The notes below the pieces were generated by a model. That model had not been told where the DNA came from and made no database searches. It saw only the letters and a program-made list of their open reading frames with translations. Of a stretch of DNA of 64,000 nt, positions 38,111-49,758 are shown one piece after another. Source of the DNA: Asterias rubens (Eukaryota); contig NC_047083.1 of the NCBI RefSeq assembly GCF_902459465.1, forward strand, positions 6,448,001 through 6,512,000, in the 5' to 3' direction. The position numbers and the translations under genes were made by a program. Each line of letters begins with the position of its first letter. The first letter of the stretch is position 1.

Positions 38111-41100
38111 ATGGCAGCAAAATATCCATCTCGACATACTGTTTTAGCAGTGTTGTTTGGTTTATGTGTTACCTTAACGGTGATCACAATGGTAAGTCAG
38201 TTTCCGTGTATTCATCAGAGACCGTGGAGACCGTCTTTAGGTCACACATGTACACCCATTATACATTTTAGTTCCAACTAGCGTTGCTTTTACTTGCACT
38301 TGTTTTCTAAGCACAACTTTCAACCTGTTTCACGCCCACCTCGTCTTCACCTTACCCCTGGTAGGACGTCAGTCAGTGCACGGCACTGACGTCGGGTAGA
38401 AGCTTCTTTACAATGCGAACACAAAGCTAACTAAAATTTTATTTATTTTTTACCTGATGTGAGATGTTGAAAATCCGTTCATATATTTTCAGTGTCCCTT
38501 ATTACTACATTTTCAATGAGTTCACAGCTAACAAAAATATATCCATATAGGGTTTTTGAGGCATTGCTTATGGTGAGGTATCAATGTACATGTATATTTG
38601 GTTTGGGGTAACGCCATGTGTGTATCTACTTGCCAGGTAGAGTTTGTTCTTAGAGAACTATCTTGCTTAATTCTACTACCGCGAAGTAGATAATCGGGGG
38701 TTCGGGAGACTTCTCAGTTCTGAAAAGAACTGTCCTGCTTTTAACTATATTACCAGGGCGGATGGCATAGAAAATAGACTTGTACTACTACTTTAGCTTA
38801 TAGAATCGTAATTAACTGTACTGCCGCGGAGTCATTTCTGAATTGGTCTCAACGTTTCGACTAGTTGCGACCTCCTGAAATAATGTGCTGGCCCTCTATC
38901 TCCTGAGCTATAGCCCCATGCAGCGGTCCCCTCACTCAACTCTTCTCGTTCATGCAGGCTCTCCATCAATATCCATACAAAGCAATCGAGATCCTCTCTT
39001 GCTATAGACCTTTATCACGGTGTGCTCATCTTGATTTTACTCCATTCCAACTCATTGTAACCAAACTGAGGCTGGACGAAATAATAGTCTGGTGCCATGC
39101 GCAATGAATGTTAGCATTCATGACTGTTATTGGAAAAAGGGAAAATGGCCAAGATGGTGACAGCGTAATAAATGTCTATGTAAAGTCTTTGTGTCATTTT
39201 GTATCAACCCTTTCGGCACTTCTTTTCATTTCACTAAACGTTGAAGAATACCGGTACATATATTATTTTTTAAACGCACATGGAGTGTGTGCAAAACAGA
39301 GCTGGTTTTGTGTGTTGTTGTGTTGATATGTTTGTTTTGTTTTGTTTGAACAAATCCCAGCCCGGCTATTATGCGGTATTCACACTTTTCTAGTGTCTTC
39401 TTTTTTTATCTTCCTCCTCTAAAAAATATTCCTTACAGTTATATGGTTTCGGCTGATACACTTGATCTTGAGTAATGGTAATATTTGCGCGTTTACAAAT
39501 TGAACCCCGAATGGTTCACTCCGAATCCTCTGTGCTGTTGAGACATTTCATCACGCATAATCAATAGTGTTGTATGGTGAAGAACACTTATAATCTGTTT
39601 CCTCGTACGTGTGCGCAAAAACCTTGCACGTGTGAGCAAAAACCTTGCACATGTGAGCAAAACCTCGCACGTGTGAGTAAAACCTCGCACGTGTGAGCAA
39701 AACCTCGTACGTGTGTCTGAGTAAAACCTCGTACGTGTGAGCAAAAATCTTGTATCGTGTGAGCAAAAACCTTGTATCGTGTGAGCAAAAACCTCGTATC
39801 GTGTGAGGGAAACCTCGTGTGAGCAAAAACCTTGTACGTTTGGGCAAAACCTCGTATCGTGTGAGCAGAACCTTGCACGTGTGCGTAAAACCTCGTACGT
39901 GTATAAGCAAACACTTCGTACGTGTGGGCAAAAACCTCGCACGTGTGAGCAGAAACCTCCTACGTGTGAGCAAAACCTCGCACGCGTGAGCAAAACCTTG
40001 CACGTGTGAGTAAAACCTCGTACGCGTATAAGCAAAAACCTCGTACGTGTGGGCAAAAACCTTGCACGTGTGACTAGAAACCTCGTACGTGTGAGCATAA
40101 CCTCGCACGTGTGAGTAAAACCTCCCACGTATGGGCAAAACCTCGCACGTAAAAGCAAAAACCTCGTACGTGTGAGCAAAAACCTCGTACGTGTGGGCGT
40201 AGGTCTAAGTATTTGCTTGTATAGGCCACAATAGGGCCACACCACGCCATTTTTAAAAGTGGTGTGTGTTGTGCTCTACAGGAGTGTTTGAAAGTGACTT
40301 GCCATTAGAAGTTGTCTCCTGAACGAAATGTACATAATTGTTGTGAAAACTTTCAGCCTAAAGAGAAAATATACTGCACTTTTTATACATGTTCTTCCTA
40401 CAAACTCTTCACTATTGGCCTAGCCACAACTTACTCCACATTCCTGTCCCTTTACTAGTTGTTGAAAGACAGAGTTGAGTTTGTTAAAACTCCTGCCATC
40501 CGTGCTGTCCCGTTTCAGTTGAAACAATCGCCTTCTAATGTGAGTATGATTGAAAGAAAGAACACAACCGGCCCATCCTCCACGGGTATCACCAGCCACA
40601 CCAAGACTAACGTCCAACTGATACCACCTAGAGGACACATTCAAGTCGGAGATATCATCAAGTATCGGATTCAGACGAGAGATTCCGAAGGGAGGGACCG
40701 GGTTATAGGCGGGGATTTCTGGTACGCCACTCTAAACTCAAATAATCCGCGAGCTAGTACAGCTGGTTATGTTGCTGACTACAATAACGGTACATATGAA
40801 GTCACATTGCTGGCAGCGTGGGCTGGTCAAGCTGAATTCAAACTCATTCTTGTGCATCCCAGTGAGGCTGTTGACTGCTTCAGAAATGTGATCTGGCCTG
40901 CAAAGGAAAGAGTACAGTGGAATGGATACTTCAACCATAAAGGCAAGAAAGCAGAAAGGACAACTTGCTTTTTGAGGAGTGGCGGGCCATGGACTGGACT
41001 GTGTCAATATCCAGCACACCATGCACTTGGGAAGACAATTCTTGTTTGCCAGAAACCGAAAGGTTTGTCCTGTGATGATTTCACATCTTACAATACCGAC

Positions 41101-43110
41101 TGGGATAAATGCAACCAAAAGCTGGCCGAGTTGACAAAAGGCGTAGAGTATCTATTCAAAGGGTATGTGATTGAACAGTTTATCATTTTGTTTAGCTTGT
41201 ACGGAAAATTTCCACATGGTAATCAAAACAAAACAATCAAGGTTATAACCCGAAAGAACTGGTAAGAATTATCATGTCTTGGCACTCTGATTAAAAGCAT
41301 TTTTATTTTAGTTCTGAAAACACTACTTAAACAACCTGGGTTACTGGCGTTCCCCCTTCCTGCCTAGCCATTTCCTCCATGGGTACAATGGACCATTTCA
41401 AAGTGTCTTTTGAAGGGAAATCTTAAACTAAATCAAGAACTTAAGACGACTATCTGATCTTATGATATGCTAGTCTTCTTTTTACTTTTTTTTAAAGGCC
41501 TACTGTACGGGCGCTATGAGCAACGACTGTTTGATCATGTTAGATCATGCCTTATAAATTTAACGATTGATTGATTTTACCCACAGCCCGAATTTTATGC
41601 AACCGGTGAGCATAGAGAAGAACAAGAAAATACAAATCGACGGTAAGCATACATGGTTTGTTGATCGTTTGCAATTAAGTTATAACGGCATGAGGCAGCA
41701 TAGTATCAAAGATGAACAGTTAAAAGGCGATTATAGGCTTGTACGGTCACGTGGTTACTGGAAGCCATGTTGTCTCCAGATGCAGCACAACCAAATGGGC
41801 AGATTAGTCTGGCAACCCGTGTTCGCCGATGCGTTTCTTGGGGAACTAAATTGCTTCAATCGTAAATTGAGCCCATGTCCATATCACCTTTGACATCGCA
41901 TGCATATCGCATATGCATCGCATAGTATGTTCACACATGGTCTTCATGGTCATGGAGATTCGCTGTTAAATCCGAAGTACATGCTACAAAATCAGTCCTT
42001 TCATTATGGTAGTCCTGAAAATAAAGCAAAAATCAACCATTGATAAATGATAGCACATTAGAAAATAAGAATGAACTATTGCGGGGATATCGACAAACAT
42101 TGTCCTCCATTTACTAATTTGTTGTACCGCAGCATATCCCAAAGGTTTTGTCTGATTCTCTTTTTGAAACAGCAACATTTGTCAAATTTCGTTCAGAGAG
42201 AAACAAAAGTTTACGTTGTCGAAAAACCTGCTTCTTTACATAAAACTGATTTTATTCTTTGTTTTTCAATTTTCTTCTATGTACATGTAGCTGGATTTCT
42301 CCCTCCTCTGAACGACTTACCGCGATGTCTGCCCGACCAAGACATACCAGCTGTCCAGGGTTATTGGTTGAATGGCAAATGGCACTCAATGCTCTGCAGA
42401 ATACCGGACTTTCCAAAGGACATGCTGCACAAATGTCTACGCGACAAGAAAGTCATTTTACATGGCGACTCAACCATAGGCCAATGGTATAAGGATTTTA
42501 ACAGTGTATTGAAAGCAGATAAACCCAAGGCATTAAGTTCAAATGGACGAGGACGAGGACATTTGAAGCCTGTGCAAAAGATATACCGTTCCCTTAACCT
42601 TACCGTAGCTTATACTATTTCCATCCGGAACGAGTTGGGAGCGACATCTATGGTCGCAAGGACATGAAGTACGAGGTTGATGTTCTTGACAAACTAACCA
42701 CCCTCGACTGCCAGACGTACATCATTGTGCTCAGCCCCTGGGCACACTTCACAGTGTGGACAAGCGAGAGTTTCATAGAACGGACTGCATTGATAAGGAA
42801 TGCTGTACTTCGCTTACGCAAACGCTGCCCTAATATTTTAATTGTGATTAAGGGACCACACCCTCGGCACTATCCACATATCTCATCTCATTTGTTGTTC
42901 TCGGATTTTCTTTCAAAAGAAATGATTGGAAATACATTAAGGGATGGTTTTAAGGGTACAGGTGCTTTCTACCTACCCTTGTGGGACATGAACCTGGCAC
43001 ACCCGGCAAAGAATTCCGTGCATATGCCTCACGCAGTTATAGTACAGGAACTGAACATGTTTCTAGGGTACGTTTGCGATAACTTAGCAACAGTGGGCAA
43101 TCAAAAATGA
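38111..43110 (+). CDS. NXPE family (neurexophilin/PC-esterase domain) gene; frameshifted in last exon, so pseudogene, null allele or assembly error
   Basis: Exons 38111-38191 (MAAKY..hydrophobic signal anchor), 40459-41162 (VGD..RDSEG..GGDFW..DYNNGTYEV..AWAG..LVHPSEAV), 41587-41642, 42291-43110 (GYW..W, GDST..QWY, PWAHF, IKGPH, WDM..HMP). Splice phases are consistent (0,2,1). The frame changes near 42613. Confidence 0.85.
39590..40200. repeat. Degenerate ~20-bp minisatellite (aaaacctcgcacgtgtgagc) in NXPE intron 1
   Basis: About 29 irregular units; source of the spurious ORFs at 39493-40245. Confidence 0.9.
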
Positions 43111-44002
43111 CAAATTAATAATTAATATAATGAAGTGACATTATTTTTGGATTGGGCGCTTTGGGTTATAAGAGTGATTGTTGTGGTTTATTGGCGAGAC
43201 GAAAATTATTTTGTGACTTGTTTTACTCATTTCTCAAAAACTATACACCCTGTAAGTTTAATGTAAATCTGTGGACTTTTTGAAAAAGTACCCGAATCCT
43301 TCAGTTGCAGTCTTTGAGTTGAGTTGTTTTGGGTATGTGCAAGCCCAAGTGAGATGTTATATATACTTGCAGTCATTTTTGTAATTTTCAGCCATGTTTT
43401 CAAATAATGTTGAAGTTTTTAGAAAAAAACAAAAACAAAATCAAACTTAAATTTCAAAGTTTTGAAATAATTTGTGTTTAAACAAAAATCAATCTCTCTG
43501 TCACTGGCTCGTTGAATGAGCTGAAACAATGAAAACCTTAAATGGTCATAACTCCTTATTGCAATCATGTTCTGACTTGAAACTGAAATCATTATTTAGT
43601 CTTAAATCATAATGTTCAATAGCCCAAATCGCCCAATCAAAGGCAGCGTGTCCCTGGGGAATGTGTAAAACGTTTGGTGAAACCAATTATGGGTCATACA
43701 AAAATACTCGGCTTATAGTTGTACAGCTATAAAGCAGCTTTCGGTAGAATAAAGTATTTTTTTATCATTTCACCTCGAAGTAATGCGGTTGTTAAAAAAG
43801 GTACCAATTGTTATCCCCAAAACGTGGATTCTGACCAACACTACAGTCAGAAATGTTTCTCAGATTGTTTATAAAATGCAATTTGGGATTATTCTTCATG
43901 TGTAGACATCCCGCTCCGGATTTTGCGATATCTAAAAAAATGCGTCCACTTTTTGAAATAAAATGTCCACAGATTAGTTTTATTGTCCATATCTACATTT
44001 CT

Positions 44003-44220
44003 TATAGACGATGTGACCTCTTACGTCACACGAAAATCATAACATGACTCGCGCGCATACCGCCGGGCAAAACCTTTGTGTTTTGGCAGCCAGCTAGAAA
44101 GTGTATGCAATCTTACTATGACTGACTATACGACTCTTTTTGCCCGGCGAAACATGACGTTACAGTGTTTTTTTCAACAGAGGGCGGTTTGAATGTAAAC
44201 ATAGGTCACATCGTCTATAG
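44003..44220. mobile_element. Small MITE with 17-bp TIR
   Basis: tatagacgatgtgacct ... aggtcacatcgtctata. Confidence 0.7.
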
Positions 44221-44884
44221 GATCAAAACAATCGATTGGTTAAAAACCAAAGGTGTCTCGTAAAGTAGTTACTTGCCTGGGCAATCTAGCAATCCGCCCA
44301 GGCAAATAAGTAATCCGCCCACCAGGCAAATTAGTTATCCGCCCACCAGCCGGAACTTCGTTACTGAACTTCTTGTATCAATAAAGTGTATTAAGATCAG
44401 TAAGTTGTCTTGCTCTATACCAAACTTCTTGTCTCAATAAAGTGGATTAAGATTTGTAAGTTGTCTTGCTTGTTTGAATTACAGTGTCAATTTGATTGTT
44501 CCAAACGGTAAAACAGAATTGCTAATTTTGGCACATTTGATTTGTGTCTCATTCTCATTAACGTGGTCAAGTCCAGCAACATCTAAACATTGCAATTGTG
44601 GTATCATTTTGAAGAGGAACAGTTCAGCTTTGCAATGATACATACCATATACAAAGAGAGTATTAAATAATAACAAATATACTGGATTGAAAAAAGTTTC
44701 CTTACTTTTTGTGAGCAGTTTAGGATGGAATAGCGAGATGTCGCGCTTCGCTCGGCCCCCATGCCACTAGGTAGGCGCGATTCGTGCGTAAGTATAGCGA
44801 CCTTGAAAATGATAATGTAGGGTGAACTAAGATTCGTCCAAGTTGGGAATTTAAGTGGGGTGCTTATTATTTTGGGAGTTAAGT

Positions 44885-45270
44885 AGTTTCGTGAATACGG
44901 CCCCAGGGGTCATCATTTTGTAGAATGGGTATGCTAAAAGTTGTTTCGTGAATACGGCCCTAGGGGTCATCATTTTGTAGAATGGGTATGCTAAAAGTTG
45001 TTTCGTGAATACGGCCCCAGGGGTCATCATTTTGTAGAATGGGTATGCTAAAAGTTGTTTCGTGAATACGGCCCCAGGGGTCATCATTTTGTAGAATGGG
45101 TATGCTAAAAGTTGTTTCGTGAATACGGCCCCAGGGGTCATCATTTTGTAGAATGGGTATGCTAAAAGTTGTTTCGTGAATACGGCCCCAGGGGTCATCA
45201 TTTTGTAGAATGGGTATGCTAAAAGTTGTTTCGTGAATACGGCCCCAGGGGTCATCGCTAAAAGTTGTTT
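44885..45270. repeat. 57-bp minisatellite, ~6.5 near-identical copies
   Basis: gtttcgtgaatacggccccaggggtcatcattttgtagaatgggtatgctaaaagtt; 19-aa periodicity in the minus-strand ORF. Confidence 0.95.
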
Positions 45271-45685
45271 TATCCCATGGTGCACAAGTTGTTGAGTTGA
45301 TCGGTCTGTTACGATCCGAAAATTCCCAAACTTTCCTAAATGTCGGTTATCCGAAAATTTGACGATTCTCAAACGCAACAAAGAATCAAACAAGATTTGA
45401 AAGGCGTATTGAAAGGCGTATACGCTGACCTTTGACCAATTTTGTTAAAAATATTTTTCGCTTATAACGTGATATTTTGATGAACAATCTTCTAACAATA
45501 TTATTGTCTATGATTTCACTTCACTAAATTACGTAACGGTAAGCCGATAAGTCCCTAACACCGGGGTTGTGCTTAGGATTATTCTTCCAAAAGTAAATCT
45601 TTATATTTTAAGCAGACAAAGCAACCCGACTTGTATATGCTCCTCTAAGAGTCCTGCTCAAAACACTACACATATTCGATCGTTC

Positions 45686-46479
45686 TTAAAGTCACCTGGA
45701 AGTGGTATTTTGTCAAATTAAAACTTTTGTCACTAAAATACTGTGTTTGATGAGTGGAATATGAATGAACAATTAACTAAGGTTTAACAAAATTAGTTTC
45801 CATGTTATTTACAAATTTGAAAATAAGCCCGACCCGAGAGGGCGCTGTTCGTGACGTCAATCGAGGCGCGATGAATCGCATGCAGTGCCATCACAAGATA
45901 GTGACGCTTGGCGCAAGCTAAAAACATGCCCTCAAAGTTGAAACAATACCTGTTTTTTTTTTACGTGAGGCAAATGCTCCTTTAGGTTCGTTACGTCTTT
46001 CAGGTACCTTCTTCGACTTCCCCACTAGCTGGAAAAATTGTTGGGATGGCATCATGTTTTAGAAAAGAACTTTTCTCTTCATGTCAAAATGTGTAGTGTA
46101 TTCCGGATTCTCGAAGCACGACGGCTCGAAGTGTTTGCTGCACAGCGCTGGAAAAGACTTACAAACTGACCCCATCTTTAGTTGTTTTGCTGCATCCAGC
46201 AGCAATAGGCCCTACACCTGGTCGACAAATGCAAGACATTTTTTTGTACAAACTCACGACTAGGACTTGAATGTACTTGCACGTACGTGTGTTCGATGTT
46301 CGATCGAGGCAAAGTCTGCCTCGATCGACGTCACAAAAGGGGCAGGCGGAGTCACCCCCACACAACTTTTTTTTAAAAACATATAAATCGTTAAAAACAA
46401 TTACTCACAAAATTATTTTATTGTTCAGAAACATATACTCTATTGTTTGAATTTTTTTTCTATTTTAAGGTGGCTTTAA
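45686..46479. mobile_element. TTAA-flanked non-autonomous element (family 3, Kolobok-like)
   Basis: ttaaagtcacct... / ...aggtggctttaa imperfect TIR with TTAA at both ends. Confidence 0.55.
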
Positions 46480-47004
46480 GGCAAACAAATATTCAGCATA
46501 ACTGAAGGCAATCATTGTGGAGTATCACAAAAACTTACTAAGTAAATACTTTTTGTTTTGGGTAGTAAATGTTCAAAAGCACCGGAGTAGTGCGTACGAT
46601 TATTTATCCAAAAGTACAATTTGTCATTGTTAACAGCCAAACCATCCATACCAGTTCCGAAGTCATACAACAGAAATCTGTATTCTTAATACCACATTGA
46701 CGTTTTCATAATGTCTAAAGGATGGTGCTATATAAGTAACTGATACATGTTTTGTCTGGTGTACGTCATTGGCCATATTCCGAGGGCAAAGTTAAATCTT
46801 CAAAGCTAAGTAGTTGATAACGTAACGCACATAATTCGTACGACTTCCGCACTGTAACGAGCCCCTATGGCTTTAAATAATGAAGTTGTTTGCAGAGTGA
46901 AAGATGACGGCGAACTAAGACGACACTATACGTACATCTTGGCTTGATTTGCGAGGTGTGCAGCGGTAGACTACTAGCAAGCGAAAACGAGTTTTTAATC
47001 TATA

Positions 47005-48213
47005 ATGGCAAACTTTTCGATGTTAGCTTTTGCGGAAATTTCCAGCAGCAGCTCCCAACCAGCCGTGGAAACATCTGAAATTGTCAGATATCCATTTCGG
47101 CTGATTTTATACATTGTTGTGTTTATATTCGGAACGCCTGGTAACTGCTTCATACTCCGTGTTTATTGGACCAAGTCCCACAAGACAAGCACCCATGTTC
47201 TGATTATGGCATTGGCATGGGCTGATCTTATGGTGTGCTTGTATATGATTGTTAACATTGTCAAAGAAGCTCTGTTGTTTGCACGTAGTGATCACAATGG
47301 CACAATCATTTTTGACTTTTTGGAGCCGTTTGAAACCACAGCCATTGGTACCTCGATTATGGTTACCGGAGTGATTGCAGCGGATCGCTACGATTGCGTC
47401 TGCCGTCCACATCGGCGTTTCTTTACCCACATACGGGGTAAGATAGCGATATGGGCATCGCTTCTGTTCTCGGTGTTTATCAATATCCCTCAGTTTATTG
47501 GGGGTTTCCCGGACTCTAACATTCCATCTTTAAACACGATTGTACTTGCATTTCATGTGCTTTTGATCGTTACCGTACTTGTGATGATTGCCGTTTGTTA
47601 CAGCTTAGTTTACAGAGCAATAAAGAAACACGTCAAAGTTGGAACGGTGTCGACCGCTCAAGATGAACATGGTTTAGAGCTCGAAAGTAATTTGTCGACA
47701 AAGCTTACTTCGACAGTGTCCCAAACTGTCGAGTCGGTGTTTTCATCTAATCGGGCTGGTCAACCCAGTTCAAGCAGTGATAAACACGTCAGAATGAAGA
47801 TGAGTGGGGCACCAGTTCTTCATGGTACATCCCCCTATGAAAAAACACGGACAACGTTGACACAGCGAGGTGATACGTCTACAGGGGGTCGACTCCCCGG
47901 TAGTGGCACAAATGCACGGAGGGCAAGAGAAAACCAACAGAGGGCCAACGCTGTACTCCTACAACGCAAGACAACAAAAATGCTGTTCATAACAAGTGTA
48001 GTTTTTCTGTTGACCTGGCTTCCATATTGGATATCGATTGTTGTTAGTTTTGCTATTGAGGGTGGTCTGAATATCAACCCCGTTGTTGTGCGAATATTGG
48101 ATGATCTCCTTTTATTACTTTACTCTAACAACCTTCTTAATCCAATCATTTACGGAATTGCAAACAAACGATTCAGGAAAGACTGCCGGGATATGCTACG
48201 CAAGATCTGCTAA
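47005..48213 (+). CDS. Intronless class A (rhodopsin-like) GPCR, orphan peptide-receptor type, 402 aa
   Basis: GTPGN (TM1), LAWAD (TM2), DRY in ADRYDCVC (TM3), FLLTWLPYW (TM6), NPIIY (TM7), helix 8 FRK; uninterrupted ORF. Confidence 0.93.
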   Translation: MANFSMLAFAEISSSSSQPAVETSEIVRYPFRLILYIVVFIFGTPGNCFILRVYWTKSHKTSTHVLIMALAWADLMVCLYMIVNIVKEALLFARSDHNGTIIFDFLEPFETTAIGTSIMVTGVIAADRYDCVCRPHRRFFTHIRGKIAIWASLLFSVFINIPQFIGGFPDSNIPSLNTIVLAFHVLLIVTVLVMIAVCYSLVYRAIKKHVKVGTVSTAQDEHGLELESNLSTKLTSTVSQTVESVFSSNRAGQPSSSSDKHVRMKMSGAPVLHGTSPYEKTRTTLTQRGDTSTGGRLPGSGTNARRARENQQRANAVLLQRKTTKMLFITSVVFLLTWLPYWISIVVSFAIEGGLNINPVVVRILDDLLLLLYSNNLLNPIIYGIANKRFRKDCRDMLRKIC

Positions 48214-48436
48214 GCAATTCCATGTTAATGACACCTTTCCTTATCTTATATGGATTATACCTTTTTAGTTATACAATATTTTAAATAATGTGCAAGTTCA
48301 TGTATGATATATTCTCACGCACAGTTAACGTTGTAAGGTACCGGGTATTTGTCTGACTCTGCCAAATTGGATGGTGTTTGGTTTCTGTGTGAAAACTTAC
48401 TGAAAGGCACTGGACACTAAAGTCATACGAGGCATA

Positions 48437-48526
48437 CATAGTAAAACTAGTCACTCTCGGTGATCCCCGGAGCAGCCTATCGATAGGCTGTTCCGGGGAT
48501 CACCGAGAGTGACTAGTTTTACTATG
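48437..48526. repeat. 90-bp loopless near-perfect palindrome (45-bp arms, 1 mismatch)
   Basis: catagtaaaactagtcactctcggtgatccccggagcagcctatc|gataggctgttccggggatcaccgagagtgactagttttactatg. Confidence 0.95.
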
Positions 48527-48854
48527 ACACTCGAAGCAGTCAATATTTGTATACTATCTTACATCTTGTTTCTTCCTCTAATAATGACAGACTCATCGTG
48601 CGCGATTTTGTTGGAAACCATAATAAATGATTCTTGCTGATTATTTTCCAGGTCCAGTGTTTGCATTCCTACACATTCATCCCTTTCCTTTGTTGATAAA
48701 CAAACCGCCTTGGTTGGCATGGACGGCCGAAATTGGTAAAACACTCCATCGTATGAACATATGTATTAACCAAATTCACGACTTTGGCAAAATACCATAA
48801 TTAGTTGTTTTGTTTTCAACAAAATCAACACAATGTTTGAATAGATTTGTAACA

Positions 48855-49092
48855 TGCTCTTAACGCAAGCACCTCCACGCTCTGAATTAACGAACCGCAT
48901 AGATACTGTACTGCACGGTACATATACAGTACTTGATACCGTGGGGTTGAAGCTTGGTTTTTCGAGGTTTTTGAGGTTGAAACCTCATAAAACCCATGCT
49001 TCGACCCCATGGTATCAGTACTGTTATGTACCGTGCAGTAGAGTATCTATGTAGTTTTTGAATTCAGAGTGGGCCGGTGCTTGCGTCAAGAG
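48855..49092. mobile_element. Degenerate fold-back MITE
   Basis: gctctt.acgcaagcacc...ctctgaatt...atagatact.tactgcacggtacat is mirrored on the right by atgtaccgtgcagta.agtatctat...aattcagag...ggtgcttgcgt.aagagc. Confidence 0.7.
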
Positions 49093-49758
49093 CCTTGGAA
49101 AGGCTACTCGTGATTTAATGTTCTGCGACAACGGACTCCGCATCCAATTATTTGTACGGTATTCACCCGAGGGCGGAGGCTAATAAGTTTCAACTTCATT
49201 ATAGGCGGCAAGGCCAACAATGGCGACTATCCTCCATAACTCGTGGTCATCCACCGTCAGTCTCTGTTTTCTACTTTTACTATTTTCTCTCACAGAAGGA
49301 AATTGGTTTTGCGATTTTCGCGTTTACAGTAAAACAGTTAGGAATTGAGTAATATTGACCAGATATCGGGTGGCATCAGCCTAAGTGCAACATTAGCTCT
49401 TTTACTTCTTGATTCACCTGCCGTCGATGTCACCTAACTCTTCCTGACTTAAGTTTAATCTTAGGACTAAGGACGAGTTAAATTCGCGTATCCATAGAAG
49501 TAGGGTGCATTGAACCCATCCCAAGTTAGGATGGTCACTCGTCCTAACTCGAGATAAGATTAATCATAGCGTTTTGTGAAATCGGCTGCAGAACTAATGA
49601 CGTCATTATTACAGACATTCATATCCCTTAATGTGACTAGGGAATCAATGTGTGGTGAGAGGTTTTTAACTAGTGGTATAAACTCGCCAAAGCCTGGTTC
49701 TTGATAATTTTACCGAGACGAAGTTCTTTCATGCAAAACTGACCCGAACGGCAATTTT

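Noticed and set aside
39493-40245. 250-aa and 195-aa Arg/Thr/His-rich ORFs
   Set aside because: Products of the ~20-bp intronic minisatellite.
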